From Candidatus Kapaibacteriota bacterium (GTDB lineage Bacteria; Bacteroidota; Ignavibacteria; Kapaibacteriales; Kapaibacteriaceae), in assembly GCA_046595995.1 (NCBI GenBank), contig JBKJNB010000083.1, forward strand, positions 71,445 to 135,444: a stretch of 64,000 bases of DNA. The letters are read 5' to 3'. Position numbers and translations under genes: made by a program. Position 1 is the first letter of the stretch; every line of letters starts with the position of its first letter. The notes under the pieces are model-generated. The model worked only from the letters and a program-made list of their open reading frames with translations. It was not told the origin of the DNA and did not search any database. Positions 27,208 through 38,253 of this stretch are shown here, in pieces.

Positions 27208-29028
27208 GTGGCTCTGACCATCTTCTCCGCTTCCGAGCTTTCGAAGTCGTACTTCGAGAAAATCCTTTTCGATAACATCTCGTTCGGCATACAGGATGGC
27301 GAACGCGTGGGCATCATTGGACGTAACGGCGCCGGTAAAACGTCGCTGCTACGCATCGTCGCTGGTATCGACGAACCCGATAGCGGCATTGTAGCTTTCA
27401 ACCGCGAAGCTCGCTTCGACTACCTGCCACAGCTGCCTGTGTTTGATGTCGATGACACTGCAATCCATGCGGTCACTAAAGCCTACGACCCATCACACGG
27501 ACATCTAGAGGATTGGGAAGTTGAGATCCGCGCTAGTCTCTACCTTGGGAAGCTTGGCGTTCAGAATCAGGAAGACAATGTTCACACAATGTCCGGCGGA
27601 CAGCGCAAACGCGTTGCAATTGCTCGTGCGCTTATGGCTGAACCCGATCTGCTGATTCTCGATGAACCCACAAACCACCTCGATGCCGATTCGGTGCAAT
27701 GGCTGCAGGACGAGCTGATGAAGTCTTCAAAAGCACTGCTCCTCGTAACCCACGACCGATACTTCCTCGACGCCGTTTGCACACGAATCCTTGAACTCGA
27801 TCAGCTCCGCATTATCTCCTACGCCGGCGGCTACGAGTCCTACCTCGAGCGCAAGGAATCGATGATCGAGGTACAGGACGCGACTGCAGATCACATGCGA
27901 AACAAACTGCGCTCCGAATTGGCCTGGCTTCAAAAGGGGGCTAAGGCAAGGCGCACGAAGCAAAAGAGCCGCATCGATTGGATTCACCGCATGCAGGTCG
28001 AGCCTCCGAAGGCCGACATCCGCGACATAGAAATGCAACTCGGACATCGCTTTCTTGGCGGACGTGTCATTGATGCTGTTGACATAAGCAAACACATCGG
28101 CAAACATCCGCTATTCAAAAAGTTTACATATCGCGCTAAAGGCTTGGACCGCATCGGTATTATTGGTCCGAACGGCGCAGGTAAATCGACGTTGTTGAAT
28201 ACGCTCGCCGGACTTGCAAAGCCCGACGAAGGATACGTTACATTGGGCGAAACTGTAACGATAGGATACTTCGCTCAAGAAATTAAAGACCTCAAAGAAA
28301 ACGAGACGGTACTGGCGAACGTTCGCGAAGTAGCAGAATTCATCGATGTTGGCGTTGGACGTGACCGCTTCATAACAGCCAAGGAGCTCTGCGACAGATT
28401 CGGATACTCCTCGAAGCAGCAACATGCCTACGTGCATACGCTGTCCGGTGGCGAGCGCCGCCGGCTTGGGCTCCTGCGCATTCTAATGTCGAACCCAAAC
28501 GTGCTCTTCTTAGATGAGCCCACAAACGATTTCGACATCGTAACGCTTACAGCCCTCGAAGACTACCTGCAGCATTTTAAAGGTGTGCTGTTAATCGTGT
28601 CGCACGACCGTGCGTTTCTCGATAAGACCGTCGATACGATCTGGGCGTTCGAAGCAAACGGTCGTATTAAGGAATACCCAGGTAATTACTCTGCCTACCT
28701 CACAAAAATTGAGGAACGTCCATCAGGCAAAACCACTTCCCTCGCGCGCAACGACACTCGGGACTCCGATCGGTCTCAGCCTTCGGAGGTGTCGACGACC
28801 CCTTCGGCGCAGCCGAAGCCCCTTAGCTTCAAGGAGCGCAAACAGATCACGCAACTCGAGAATCAGCTACACGATCTAGAAGTGCAGAAAGCCGCGATCG
28901 AGGAGAAACTCAGTGCCGGGTCGGGAGACTTTCGCGCATTACAGTCGCTAGGCGAAGAGCTCACGAGAACCGTACAGAAGATCGATGACGTTACACAGAA
29001 GTGGCTCGAGATGAGCGAGCGCGCTTAG
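27208..29028 (+). CDS. ABC-F family ATPase (EttA/Uup-like, two ABC domains, no TMD)
   Basis: Two Walker A sites (GRNGAGKTS, GPNGAGKST), two LSGG signatures, and a charged coiled linker and C-terminal tail. GTG start. Confidence 0.85.
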   Translation: MALTIFSASELSKSYFEKILFDNISFGIQDGERVGIIGRNGAGKTSLLRIVAGIDEPDSGIVAFNREARFDYLPQLPVFDVDDTAIHAVTKAYDPSHGHLEDWEVEIRASLYLGKLGVQNQEDNVHTMSGGQRKRVAIARALMAEPDLLILDEPTNHLDADSVQWLQDELMKSSKALLLVTHDRYFLDAVCTRILELDQLRIISYAGGYESYLERKESMIEVQDATADHMRNKLRSELAWLQKGAKARRTKQKSRIDWIHRMQVEPPKADIRDIEMQLGHRFLGGRVIDAVDISKHIGKHPLFKKFTYRAKGLDRIGIIGPNGAGKSTLLNTLAGLAKPDEGYVTLGETVTIGYFAQEIKDLKENETVLANVREVAEFIDVGVGRDRFITAKELCDRFGYSSKQQHAYVHTLSGGERRRLGLLRILMSNPNVLFLDEPTNDFDIVTLTALEDYLQHFKGVLLIVSHDRAFLDKTVDTIWAFEANGRIKEYPGNYSAYLTKIEERPSGKTTSLARNDTRDSDRSQPSEVSTTPSAQPKPLSFKERKQITQLENQLHDLEVQKAAIEEKLSAGSGDFRALQSLGEELTRTVQKIDDVTQKWLEMSERA

Positions 29029-29165
29029 CGAACGCGCTTAGCGAACGCGCCACATGCGAATGACGCTGGTGGTGTTCATCACGCTGATATCTGTAGTGTC
29101 GATATCCACAACGTAGGCAACGTTGTATCGATCTCGTCTCGTTATACTATATTTGCATCGATCGG

Positions 29166-29396
29166 ATGCCGTTACCCAAAAGCAAGATCGACATGAAGAA
29201 CGTAGTTACCATATCCCCGAAGTATCAGATCGTAATCCCTCTGGAGATCCGCGAGCGCCTTAAGCTCAAGCCGGGCCAGCAGGTTACCTTCATGGAATAC
29301 AACGGTATGCTCACAATAACGCCCGTACTAGACATGGCTCAGGCAAGGGGCTTTCTAAAGGGTCAAGACATCCAAGTGGACAGGGACAAGCAATGA
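29166..29396 (+). CDS. AbrB/MazE/SpoVT-type antitoxin (VapB-like)
   Basis: A 76-aa protein with swapped-hairpin-type ...KYQIVIPLEIRERLKLKPGQQV.... Confidence 0.65.
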   Translation: MPLPKSKIDMKNVVTISPKYQIVIPLEIRERLKLKPGQQVTFMEYNGMLTITPVLDMAQARGFLKGQDIQVDRDKQ

Positions 29397-29427
29397 CGCT
29401 TAACATCAACAGCTCTGTTGCGCTGCA

Positions 29428-29823
29428 ATGACGCCCAAGTCCAACATCGTGCTCGATACAGCAGTGTGGCTTGAATATTTTCGCGACACTTCGTATGTCG
29501 TTGCTGTTGTTCAACCGGCAATCGAATCAGGCGCTATTGTTGTGCCGTCGGTGTGCATCTATGAAGTTGCACTTGCCGTCGGACGCACGAGCGGCGCAGA
29601 CGATGTGCTCGCAGCAGCTGCGATAATGCGCAGCCACAAGGTCGATGACTTCGGTGCAGATCGAGCTATACAGGCTGCAGAATTGCGCCGTCAGTATCGA
29701 TTGCCCATGGCCGACAGCATCGTGTACGCAACTGCTCTTGCCCACAACGCAACGCTCTACACACAAGACACCGACTTCGAAGGACTCCCGAACGTACACA
29801 TGCTAATTACACGACGACCATAG
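29428..29823 (+). CDS. vapC: PIN-domain toxin VapC
   Basis: [12 protein letters not shown]... and D...[18 protein letters not shown] are PIN-domain acidic-residue signatures. Confidence 0.75.
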   Translation: MTPKSNIVLDTAVWLEYFRDTSYVVAVVQPAIESGAIVVPSVCIYEVALAVGRTSGADDVLAAAAIMRSHKVDDFGADRAIQAAELRRQYRLPMADSIVYATALAHNATLYTQDTDFEGLPNVHMLITRRP

Positions 29824-29837
29824 GCAGGAGCATCGCC

Positions 29838-32081
29838 ATGACATACGACATCAACATGATCCGAACTTTGTATTCAACCATGGGCGCTCGCATTGCAGAG
29901 GCGCGTACAGTGTTGGGTAAGTCGCTAACGCTTACAGAGAAGATTCTGTATGCACACATGGACGTGATGCCAAAGCATCCCCGTGAGCGTGGTCGCAGCT
30001 ACGTTGAATTCCGCCCAGATCGTGTTGCCATGCAGGATGCCACAGCACAAATGGCTCTTCTGCAATTCATGAGCGCGGGCATTCCAACAGTTGCTGTGCC
30101 GAGCACAGTGCATTGCGATCACCTCATTCGCGCGGAACACGGCGCGGCCGCCGATCTGCAACAATCGCTCGTGGAGAACAAGGAAGTCTTTGAGTTCCTT
30201 GCATCAGTATCCGCGAAGTATGGCATCGGTTTTTGGAAGCCGGGCGCTGGTATCATTCACCAAGTGGTGCTCGAGAACTATGCGTTCCCTGGCGGCATGA
30301 TGATCGGCACCGACTCGCACACACCAAACGCCGGCGGACTAGGCATGATTGCAATTGGTGTAGGTGGTGCTGATGCGGTAGACGTTATGGCCGGCATGTC
30401 GTGGGAACTTCAAATGCCGAAGATCATTGGCGTAAAACTCACCGGCAGGATGAGTGGATGGACAAGTCCGAAAGACGTCATCTTAAAACTTGCTGGCATC
30501 TTGACTGTAAAGGGCGGCACTGGCTCGATCGTAGAGTATTTCGGTGAAGGGGCTGCGTCGTTCTCAGCTACAGGCAAAGGCACGATCTGTAATATGGGTG
30601 CGGAAATTGGCGCGACAACGTCGCTCTTCCCGTTCGATGCATCGATGTCACGCTACTTACGCAGCACAGATCGAGACGACGTAGCAACGATGGCAGAAGC
30701 CGTAGCCGAACACCTGCGAGCGGATGCAGAAGTCGAGGCAAACCCTACAGCTTACTACGATGAAGTAATCGAGATCGACTTGAATATTCTCGAGCCACAC
30801 ATCAACGGACCCTACACTCCCGATCGTGCAATGGAGTTGTCGGCATTCATCGAAGCCGTAAAGACACACGACTGGCCAGAAGAACTTCGAGTAGGTCTCA
30901 TTGGTTCGTGCACAAACTCCTCGTACGAAGACATGAGTCGTGTTGCATCGATTGCAGATTACGCACATAGGCATGGGCTCAGGGCGAAGAGCGAATTCAC
31001 TGTTACGCCAGGCTCAGAGCAAGTACGCGCAACAATTGAGCGAGACGGACTACTTCAGAAGATGGAAAGCATTGGCGCCCAAGTGTTAGCCAATGCATGC
31101 GGTCCGTGCATCGGTCAATGGAAACGTCACGACGTGCAACCCGGCGACAGAAACAGCATCATAACTTCGTTTAATAGAAATTTTACCGGGCGTAACGACG
31201 GCATGAGGGAAACACATGCCTTCGTGGCAAGTCCGGAAACGGTCACAGCCTTCGTTCTTGCCGGCAAGCTCACTGTCAATTTCATGAAGGAGCCCATAGA
31301 CGGTGTAATGCTTCAGCCCCCTACGGGCCTCGAGCTCCCTAAAGAAGGTTTTGTACCCGATCCAAGTGGCTTTATAGCTCCGTGCGCCGACGCAGCAGCC
31401 GTGGATGTGATCATCGATCCTGTAAGCACTCGGTTGCAAAGGCTCGATCCGTTTCGTGCTCCCGTTGCCACTGAGTATCAGAACATGCCAGTGCTGTTGA
31501 AGGTGAAGGGCAAGTGCACGACAGACCACATTAGCGCGGCGGGTCCGTGGCTTCGATTTCGAGGTCACCTCGACAACATCAGCAACAACATGTTCATCGG
31601 CGCTATTAACTACTCCAACGACAAGGCCAACAGCACGATAAACGTATTTACAAAAGATTATGGTGAAGTGCCCGCTACCGCTCGTGACTATAAAGCGCGT
31701 GGCATTTCATGGGTAGTTGTAGGCGATGAGAATTACGGAGAAGGCAGTTCACGCGAACACGCTGCTATGGAGCCGCGATTTCTAAACGGCAAAGCCATCA
31801 TTGTTAAGAGCTTCGCCCGCATTCATGAGACCAACCTCAAGAAGCAAGGTATGCTGCCACTGATCTTTGTTGACTGTGCAGACTACGATCTCATCCAGGA
31901 GGATGATCGTATCACACTCGACATCCACAAGATTGCTGTGGGCGAGCCCCTCATCGCGCACGTGCGTCATGCCGACGATTCTTCAGACAACATTGAACTG
32001 CGCCACACCATGAATGCACAGCAAATTGGCTGGTTCAAAGCCGGTAGCGCCCTGAACCTCATCGCAGGACGCAGTCACTAA
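29838..32081 (+). CDS. Aconitate hydratase (mitochondrial-type, about 750 aa)
   Basis: Fe-S ligand regions GSCTNSS and CGPCIGQ and the swivel-domain SR motif are present. The RBS AGGAG precedes the start. Confidence 0.9.
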   Translation: MTYDINMIRTLYSTMGARIAEARTVLGKSLTLTEKILYAHMDVMPKHPRERGRSYVEFRPDRVAMQDATAQMALLQFMSAGIPTVAVPSTVHCDHLIRAEHGAAADLQQSLVENKEVFEFLASVSAKYGIGFWKPGAGIIHQVVLENYAFPGGMMIGTDSHTPNAGGLGMIAIGVGGADAVDVMAGMSWELQMPKIIGVKLTGRMSGWTSPKDVILKLAGILTVKGGTGSIVEYFGEGAASFSATGKGTICNMGAEIGATTSLFPFDASMSRYLRSTDRDDVATMAEAVAEHLRADAEVEANPTAYYDEVIEIDLNILEPHINGPYTPDRAMELSAFIEAVKTHDWPEELRVGLIGSCTNSSYEDMSRVASIADYAHRHGLRAKSEFTVTPGSEQVRATIERDGLLQKMESIGAQVLANACGPCIGQWKRHDVQPGDRNSIITSFNRNFTGRNDGMRETHAFVASPETVTAFVLAGKLTVNFMKEPIDGVMLQPPTGLELPKEGFVPDPSGFIAPCADAAAVDVIIDPVSTRLQRLDPFRAPVATEYQNMPVLLKVKGKCTTDHISAAGPWLRFRGHLDNISNNMFIGAINYSNDKANSTINVFTKDYGEVPATARDYKARGISWVVVGDENYGEGSSREHAAMEPRFLNGKAIIVKSFARIHETNLKKQGMLPLIFVDCADYDLIQEDDRITLDIHKIAVGEPLIAHVRHADDSSDNIELRHTMNAQQIGWFKAGSALNLIAGRSH

Positions 32082-32193
32082 TTGCGGGGTGCATTCCGTT
32101 CTAACGCGGCGCCAGCACGACTGTCACAGTTTGACTGACACGCAGCACTTCATCGTTAAACGATTTTGATCGTCCAACGACTTTGGAGGTTGC

Positions 32194-32727
32194 GTGTTCG
32201 ACGAGGAAGAAGACGAGGAGGAGGAGTTCTCGACTCCAAGTCCACAATGGCGCACGACCGATCTAACGGATGAGTCGGTACAGCACCGCGTGTACGTAAA
32301 CCTCGGAAGTCTGTCGAACGGTTCGTATTTGTTCGATGAGCAGGACAACGCGTTGTTGAAGGACTTCCTTGAAGGTGTCCTTGCCTACGTCGATGGTATT
32401 CTGTGGCAACATGCTGCGATTGCCACCGATATCGAGATCCTCGCCGTAATTCCTCTCCATGTCAACACATCGGAGTTCGCCGCTCGATTACGATTCGCGC
32501 TTGCGAAATACCTGAGCTGCACTAGGCTAGTTGAGAATGATCTCGAGTTGTTTCGTTTCGCAGTTCGCGATTCCTACGATGTCGACTCCCGCACATTCTT
32601 GCAGGAACGCGAACGCATTATGAAGCTGCGATTGGCCTACGCGCGGCTATGCTCCATGCCAACAACGGGCTCAGACACATTGCGCCTCCCCAGAGCGGGC
32701 AGGACGAGGCGGAAGAGGAGATTCTGA
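32194..32727 (+). CDS. Hypothetical cytoplasmic protein with an acidic N-terminus (MFDEEEDEEEEF...)
   Basis: GTG start with GGAGG 7 nt upstream. No recognisable domain. Confidence 0.5.
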   Translation: MFDEEEDEEEEFSTPSPQWRTTDLTDESVQHRVYVNLGSLSNGSYLFDEQDNALLKDFLEGVLAYVDGILWQHAAIATDIEILAVIPLHVNTSEFAARLRFALAKYLSCTRLVENDLELFRFAVRDSYDVDSRTFLQERERIMKLRLAYARLCSMPTTGSDTLRLPRAGRTRRKRRF

Positions 32728-32740
32728 ATTAAGTTGTGCT

Positions 32741-33169
32741 ATGTCCACTCCCCTACTCCTCATAGTTGCGATCCTCGCACTCGTTGGCCAAGTGGCCATT
32801 AGCCCACTCGGATCGAAGGCGCTTTGGGTGGATGTTTTGTTTGTGGTCGGATTGAACTTCTCCCTGGCTTTGTTGCTGTACGCAGCGGCTGGGCGTTTCG
32901 ACGATTGGAAAGGATTGATACCTGGCCTTGCAAAGTCCACGAAAGAGGGCCTACGGGGAATTGCATTGATGGGCGCCATTGCTTTGTTGTTGACTGTTGT
33001 TGGAGGCCTGTTCGTTGGGCCACTTATTTGGAATGATGCCCCGACCGTCAATTGGTCTGTAATGCAGATGTGGCCGGTGTTCATATTCATCGATGCGTTT
33101 ACCGTGCTTGTGACGCGGTGGCGAGACAGCAAGAAAGTGACAGAGCTCACACCGCAAGTCCCGACATGA
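32741..33169 (+). CDS. Small polytopic membrane protein of unknown function
   Basis: 3-4 hydrophobic helices. The stop overlaps the next gene start (ATGA). Confidence 0.55.
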   Translation: MSTPLLLIVAILALVGQVAISPLGSKALWVDVLFVVGLNFSLALLLYAAAGRFDDWKGLIPGLAKSTKEGLRGIALMGAIALLLTVVGGLFVGPLIWNDAPTVNWSVMQMWPVFIFIDAFTVLVTRWRDSKKVTELTPQVPT

Positions 33170-33633
33170 GAAAGTTAATCGCGCGTTTAAGCACCAACAC
33201 AAGCCCTATGCCTACGATGGGTGTTATTGCGCTCGGCGCCGCTGCAATCATTGCGCAAATTGTGTTGATCCTTTTGACAGGTACACCCTGGTGGGGTGTT
33301 ATTCTGTATCTCGTCCTCATGAATGGTATTAGCATACCCCTCGTGATATGGATGGAGCGAGCCGCGAAGATGTGGGATCCGGTGTCGCACATGCTAGATG
33401 TTTCATGGAAACTCGCATTGTTCGGAGTCTTCATTGGCGGGGTCGTGATTATCGGGATTTCGTACGCTTTCAACTCGTTCGAGGCATTAGCCGATTTGTC
33501 TCCGCTTGATCCCTTCTTCGGCGCGCGGCTGTGGCTCGTCTTTACAACTGCATCCACGGTTAATGTCTACCTGAAACGCAGAGCCCCTTCCCAGGATACC
33601 CTCCAAAGCGATGGAGTACACAATGCGCCCTAA
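33166..33633 (+). CDS. Small polytopic membrane protein, distant paralog of the preceding gene
   Basis: Start at MRKLIARL. Topology and size are similar to the preceding gene. The track start at 33052 was rejected. Confidence 0.5.
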   Translation: MRKLIARLSTNTSPMPTMGVIALGAAAIIAQIVLILLTGTPWWGVILYLVLMNGISIPLVIWMERAAKMWDPVSHMLDVSWKLALFGVFIGGVVIIGISYAFNSFEALADLSPLDPFFGARLWLVFTTASTVNVYLKRRAPSQDTLQSDGVHNAP

Positions 33634-34747
33634 CGCACGGATTATTCTTTCGACCGCACTGATCTTACTGGTGTACACAGTAACGTCAGCCCAGCAACCG
33701 ACTGGCCTGGCTGCGGTACCAGACAAACTGAACATCGTGGCCGAACGTGCGAACCTGTCCGCTGACGGACTATTCTCACTCGTGAACTTCGATACACTGG
33801 CAATGCGTGTTCTGTCAATCGCCTTTGTTGGCAACAACCCGTTGCTGCGCATCGAGTCGGGCGATCTGCCACTCTTGCTCGAGGCCAAGCAATCGACGCA
33901 GGTGCGCGTGGTGTATACGCCCAATGGCGATACCACAGACGTTGCGGACATTCTACTGGCCATCGGCGACAACGTCATTACGGGCGAGCGTGATACTGTA
34001 GCCGTGCCAGTCACCGCTTCGATTGGCCCCTATGTACCGCCCGATACGATCCGTCTGCGATCGAAGCGCAGCGTGGGTCTCATTCCTAACACGATTAGGT
34101 ATCTGCTCATTCTGGATTCTGACCTTGACGATGACATAGGTTTTGCAGAAGCGACGTTCCGCTACAAGACCGACCAACTTTACTTGGGCGACTACACCGT
34201 CCTTTCGGACCGTGCCGATCTCGAGTGGAGGTACACCGGACTTCGTATCGTTCCAGACAACAAGCGTAGTCGTGGTGATACGATCGCTGACTTTCACTTC
34301 ACGATTCTTCATGGAACGAACAGCGGAGGAGACACGAACAGCGTACTCGTGCTAATCCGACTGGAATGGTTTAAGAAGTTCACGGGCAATCACATCTACA
34401 CGCATACCGTTGTAGATGAAGACGTTGTATCGGATGTGAAGGAAGACAACCCGAACAATCGGCCGCATCTATCTGTTAGCGTGTATCCGAATCCTGCGGA
34501 TGCTTATGCGAACATCAGAGTTGTCAGAGCTTGCAGTCCGAGTGTTATTCCGCTCGCGAAGCAGCCGCTGAGGCTTTCGCTGTATTCTACAGTTGGCGCA
34601 GAGGTCATGGATCTTAGTGCGCTCGTGTCGAATGCACCCGAGGCAATGTCATTCGTAGTAGATGTGTCATCTATACCGCGTGGTATGTACATGCTACGGT
34701 TCGGCATGGGTACTGTGTCGATTGTTCGGAACCTGGTAATTCGGTAG
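33611..34747 (+). CDS. Secreted hypothetical protein with a T9SS C-terminal sorting domain
   Basis: Signal peptide MRPNARIILSTALILLVYTVTSAQQ. The C-terminus ...YPNPADAYANIRV...GMYMLRFGMGTVSIVRNLVIR is T9SS-like. It overlaps the upstream gene by 23 nt. Confidence 0.65.
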   Translation: MEYTMRPNARIILSTALILLVYTVTSAQQPTGLAAVPDKLNIVAERANLSADGLFSLVNFDTLAMRVLSIAFVGNNPLLRIESGDLPLLLEAKQSTQVRVVYTPNGDTTDVADILLAIGDNVITGERDTVAVPVTASIGPYVPPDTIRLRSKRSVGLIPNTIRYLLILDSDLDDDIGFAEATFRYKTDQLYLGDYTVLSDRADLEWRYTGLRIVPDNKRSRGDTIADFHFTILHGTNSGGDTNSVLVLIRLEWFKKFTGNHIYTHTVVDEDVVSDVKEDNPNNRPHLSVSVYPNPADAYANIRVVRACSPSVIPLAKQPLRLSLYSTVGAEVMDLSALVSNAPEAMSFVVDVSSIPRGMYMLRFGMGTVSIVRNLVIR

Positions 34748-34879
34748 CCTACACGAGCCCTAACTCCTCGCAGATGATGCACTTGCGTCGTGCGGACAAT
34801 ATGCCCTTTCGTTTGGGGTCTAAGACTTCCCGGCCGTATATTGTCGCTTCTTCTTCACACCAATCAAGCGGGAGGTCCC

Positions 34880-37243
34880 ATGGCCGAAAAGGTCGTCAGG
34901 ATTTACCTTCGCCCATGGTGCTGTCTACTGGCACTGGTGGTGTTGTGTTCTTCTCTTTCGTCGGCGCAGACGCCGACTCGCACAGAGCCTGCAAACACGC
35001 TCGGGCGCACCCCGTCCAAGCCAGTGTTTCCGGATGAATTTTCTGACCTCGACGAGGTTTCGTCACTGTCTGCTGGCAAGTGGACCGACGACGTGGTTAA
35101 TCGTCTTGAACGCGCTCGTCAGCTCTATCTCAAGGCTCTCACCTTCCTCGAACAGAAGGACACCGCAGCAGCAGCCACTCAGTTCGAGCTTTCAATTGTC
35201 ATCCTCAACGAACTCGCAACATTTCCGCGTATCGAGGAAAACACCGACTTCACCGACTTGGCGCAGTCCATAATAGAAGACTACGAATCGTACGTTCAGA
35301 GCATTGACAACCTCGGTGAGAACTCATCAGTTTTCATCCTTCGGCAGCGTCTTTTCCAAGAAGTTGAATCTGCTCGTACGAAGGTCGAGCCCATTCTTAT
35401 CCCCGCGCCAGCAGCCCCAGAGAATCAGCCAGCCACGACTATTCCCCTGCCCTTTAATGAGCCAGTACAGAAGAACATCGCTTTTCTGACCTCAGGCAAG
35501 GGACGTCCGTTCATGAAACGCTGTCTCGAGCGTAGCGGGCGTTGGTTTGGCATGCTCAAGCGCGTTGCCAAGGAAGAGAACATGCCAGAGGAAATCGTTC
35601 ACCTGGCCATGATCGAGTCTGCACTGAACCCAAATGCAGTGTCTTGGGCCAAGGCTGTAGGCATGTGGCAATTCATACAGCCCACCGGCGAACAGTATGA
35701 GCTTGATGTCACGTTCTGGAAGGACGAACGCCGCGATCCTGAGAAGGCAACGCGTGCTGCAATGAACTTCCTGAAGGATCTCTATGGTGAACTCGGTGAT
35801 TGGCACCTAGCACTAGCGGCTTACAACTGCGGCGCAGGCGGCGTACGTCGAAGCATGCGCAAGGCGGGCGTTGAAAAGGGATCGTTCTGGGATATCAGAG
35901 AAAAGCTCCCTCGAGAAACGCGGCACTACGTACCACTCTACATCGCAACGGCAATCGTAGCGATGAACCGTACGCAGTATGGCTTCCCTGACGACTCATT
36001 GCAATTCCATCCAACGTACGAATACGAGACCTTCACTGTCGCAGAGCCTGTGAACCTTGCAGCATTGGCGACCTGCGCTGGAATTACAACCGATTCTCTT
36101 CGCGCACTGAACCCAGAGCTTGTGCGCACATGCACTCCACCGAACGTGCGCTATGCACTCAAGGTACCCAAGGGTACAGTGGGTCTTACAACGCAGCGGT
36201 TCGCAGCTCTAACTGACGATGAAAAACGTCCATGGATGAACCACGTCGTGTCGCGTGGCGAAACACTGGCGAGCATTGCGCGGCGCTATAACGTGAGCGC
36301 AGCAGATGTCGCCAGCGTAAACGGACTCAAAGGATATAAGGCAAAGGTTCGAAGGGGCGCCTCGCTTCGCATTCCGGTCGGCGGATCGTCTTCCAACAGC
36401 CTGGTAGCAGTCCCGCCTACACAGACCGTTTCGCCCGCAGCAGTGGTGCCGGCAACGGCAACAAATACACAAGCCGCAATTGCGCGGTCTGGTGTATCGA
36501 CACACATTGTTGGAAGTGGCGACAACCTCTACACCGTTTCGCAACGCTATGGTGTACGCATAACAGACCTTCGCAACTGGAATAATCTGCCGTACGACAA
36601 AGAGAGCGTCCATGTCGGCGATACGCTCATCGTTGCCCGCACCGATCAAGCCGATCTTACAACAATGGCAGCATCGATTGAGCGCATTCGCGTGGCACGA
36701 AACGTTTCCCACACAGTAACACGCGGCGAATCTCTGGCATCGATTGCCTCGCTGTACGGTACGTCAATGGATCGTATCCGCGAGCTGAATAGCCTCAAGA
36801 AGAAGGCACCAATTAAAGCCGGCAAGAAGCTTACGATTGAGACTTCACTATCGAAGAGCGAAGTCGCAACCATTACACGTATCGCCCCCTCTGGCAAGCC
36901 CCTTGTCCACAAGGTCAAAACAGGCGAAAGCCTAGGCTCGATCTCAGCGCTGTACGGCGTTGACGAAGGTGACCTGCGTCGCTGGAACAGCGATGTTGTA
37001 GAGGGCACAACGGTGTTCGCGAGTACGAAGCTGAAGGTGTACGGTGCTCAAACATCCTCGAAAGGCAGTGATGCTTCGAGTACAGCCAAGAAGCTTCCCA
37101 AGACCTACAAGGTGCGACGTGGCGATACTGTCTCCGATATCGCCGACAAGTTTGGTGTGTCGGTAGAGACACTTCGACGCAAGAATCCGTCGTTGCGCAC
37201 GTCGGATGCGGTCCGCACCGGACAAAAGGTCCGTCTGCAGTAG
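34880..37243 (+). CDS. mltD: Membrane-bound lytic murein transglycosylase D-like (SLT domain plus multiple LysM repeats)
   Basis: GGAGG 5 nt upstream of the ATG at 34880. Signal peptide. The SLT motif ...ESALNPNAVSWAKAVGMWQF is present. There are at least 5 LysM repeats (H.V..GETL..IA..Y). Confidence 0.8.
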   Translation: MAEKVVRIYLRPWCCLLALVVLCSSLSSAQTPTRTEPANTLGRTPSKPVFPDEFSDLDEVSSLSAGKWTDDVVNRLERARQLYLKALTFLEQKDTAAAATQFELSIVILNELATFPRIEENTDFTDLAQSIIEDYESYVQSIDNLGENSSVFILRQRLFQEVESARTKVEPILIPAPAAPENQPATTIPLPFNEPVQKNIAFLTSGKGRPFMKRCLERSGRWFGMLKRVAKEENMPEEIVHLAMIESALNPNAVSWAKAVGMWQFIQPTGEQYELDVTFWKDERRDPEKATRAAMNFLKDLYGELGDWHLALAAYNCGAGGVRRSMRKAGVEKGSFWDIREKLPRETRHYVPLYIATAIVAMNRTQYGFPDDSLQFHPTYEYETFTVAEPVNLAALATCAGITTDSLRALNPELVRTCTPPNVRYALKVPKGTVGLTTQRFAALTDDEKRPWMNHVVSRGETLASIARRYNVSAADVASVNGLKGYKAKVRRGASLRIPVGGSSSNSLVAVPPTQTVSPAAVVPATATNTQAAIARSGVSTHIVGSGDNLYTVSQRYGVRITDLRNWNNLPYDKESVHVGDTLIVARTDQADLTTMAASIERIRVARNVSHTVTRGESLASIASLYGTSMDRIRELNSLKKKAPIKAGKKLTIETSLSKSEVATITRIAPSGKPLVHKVKTGESLGSISALYGVDEGDLRRWNSDVVEGTTVFASTKLKVYGAQTSSKGSDASSTAKKLPKTYKVRRGDTVSDIADKFGVSVETLRRKNPSLRTSDAVRTGQKVRLQ

Positions 37244-37267
37244 TAAAGCGTCGTAAATTGCAAGTTC

Positions 37268-38248
37268 ATGCGCGCCATCATCCCCGTAGCAGGTATCGGT
37301 ACACGTCTTCGACCGCACACATTTACGCTCCCCAAGGTTCTGGTTAATGTTGCAGGCAAGCCCATACTGGGCCATATTCTGGACACCCTAGTTGCCCAGA
37401 ACGTAAACTCTGCAACTATCATCACCGGTTACAAGGGTGAGCTCGTTGAAGACTATGTTCGAAGTAACTATACACTCGACTGCACCTTCGTTGTGCAGGA
37501 GGAGATGCTTGGGCTCGGACACGCCATATGGACCGCTCGTGAAACACTTGGCGAAGAGCCTGCGCTAATTATTCTTGGCGACACTGTATTTGACGTCGAT
37601 CTCTCCGGACTGGAGACGTCGGCGTTTTCTTCGTTAGGCGTGAAGCACGTCGAAGACCCGCGTCGCTTTGGTGTTGTGATTACTGATGGCGGATTCGTAA
37701 CGCGCCTGGTGGAGAAGCCCGATGTACCTCTCTCTCACAATGCCCTCGTCGGACTCTACTACATCAAGAATCCTACAGTGTTGCGAACGGCGTTGGATGA
37801 ACTCATCAACAATGACATGCGCTCGAAGAACGAATACCAGCTTACCGATGCATTGCAACTGATGGTCGACCACGGAGAAAAATTTACAACGTTTACTGTC
37901 GAAGGCTGGCACGATTGCGGCAAGCCCGAAACACTTCTCGAAACAAATCGATTCCTACTCACGAAGCGTCAGAGCAGCGTGCTCTCACCTAAAGGGTGTG
38001 TGCTTGTACCGCCGGTACATCTCGATCCTACGGCTATTGTCGAACATTCAGTAATAGGCCCGTATGCGTCTGTGTCGAAGGGCGCCGTTGTGCGCAACAG
38101 CATTGTACGCGACAGCATTATCTCCGACAATGCCACAGTCAGCGACATTACTCTCGATCAATCCATCATCGGCGAGAACGCCGAAGTCAGCGGACGTTTT
38201 GCATCCATCAACATCGGCGACGCCAGCGTCGTCCGTCTAAGTCAATAG
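37268..38248 (+). CDS. Sugar-1-phosphate nucleotidyltransferase (NTP-transferase domain plus C-terminal left-handed beta-helix)
   Basis: [16 protein letters not shown]...LPKVLV is the N-terminal signature. C-terminal hexapeptide repeats are present. Confidence 0.75.
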   Translation: MRAIIPVAGIGTRLRPHTFTLPKVLVNVAGKPILGHILDTLVAQNVNSATIITGYKGELVEDYVRSNYTLDCTFVVQEEMLGLGHAIWTARETLGEEPALIILGDTVFDVDLSGLETSAFSSLGVKHVEDPRRFGVVITDGGFVTRLVEKPDVPLSHNALVGLYYIKNPTVLRTALDELINNDMRSKNEYQLTDALQLMVDHGEKFTTFTVEGWHDCGKPETLLETNRFLLTKRQSSVLSPKGCVLVPPVHLDPTAIVEHSVIGPYASVSKGAVVRNSIVRDSIISDNATVSDITLDQSIIGENAEVSGRFASINIGDASVVRLSQ

Positions 38249-38253
38249 AACCC

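Noticed and set aside
33052-33165. Upstream start (33052) for the second small membrane protein
   Set aside because: It would overlap the preceding membrane-protein gene by about 115 nt in another frame. The MRKLIARL start at 33166 gives an ATGA-coupled arrangement.
22925-37920. TGGCAC hexamers at about 22925 and 37905 as sigma-54 -24 elements
   Set aside because: Spacing to the nearest GC element is wrong (too short), and both lie inside coding regions.
37996-38253. GTG-initiated extension of the metK ORF (Cys/Arg/His-rich)
   Set aside because: It overlaps the nucleotidyltransferase gene. MetK homology begins exactly at MSSYIF (38254).
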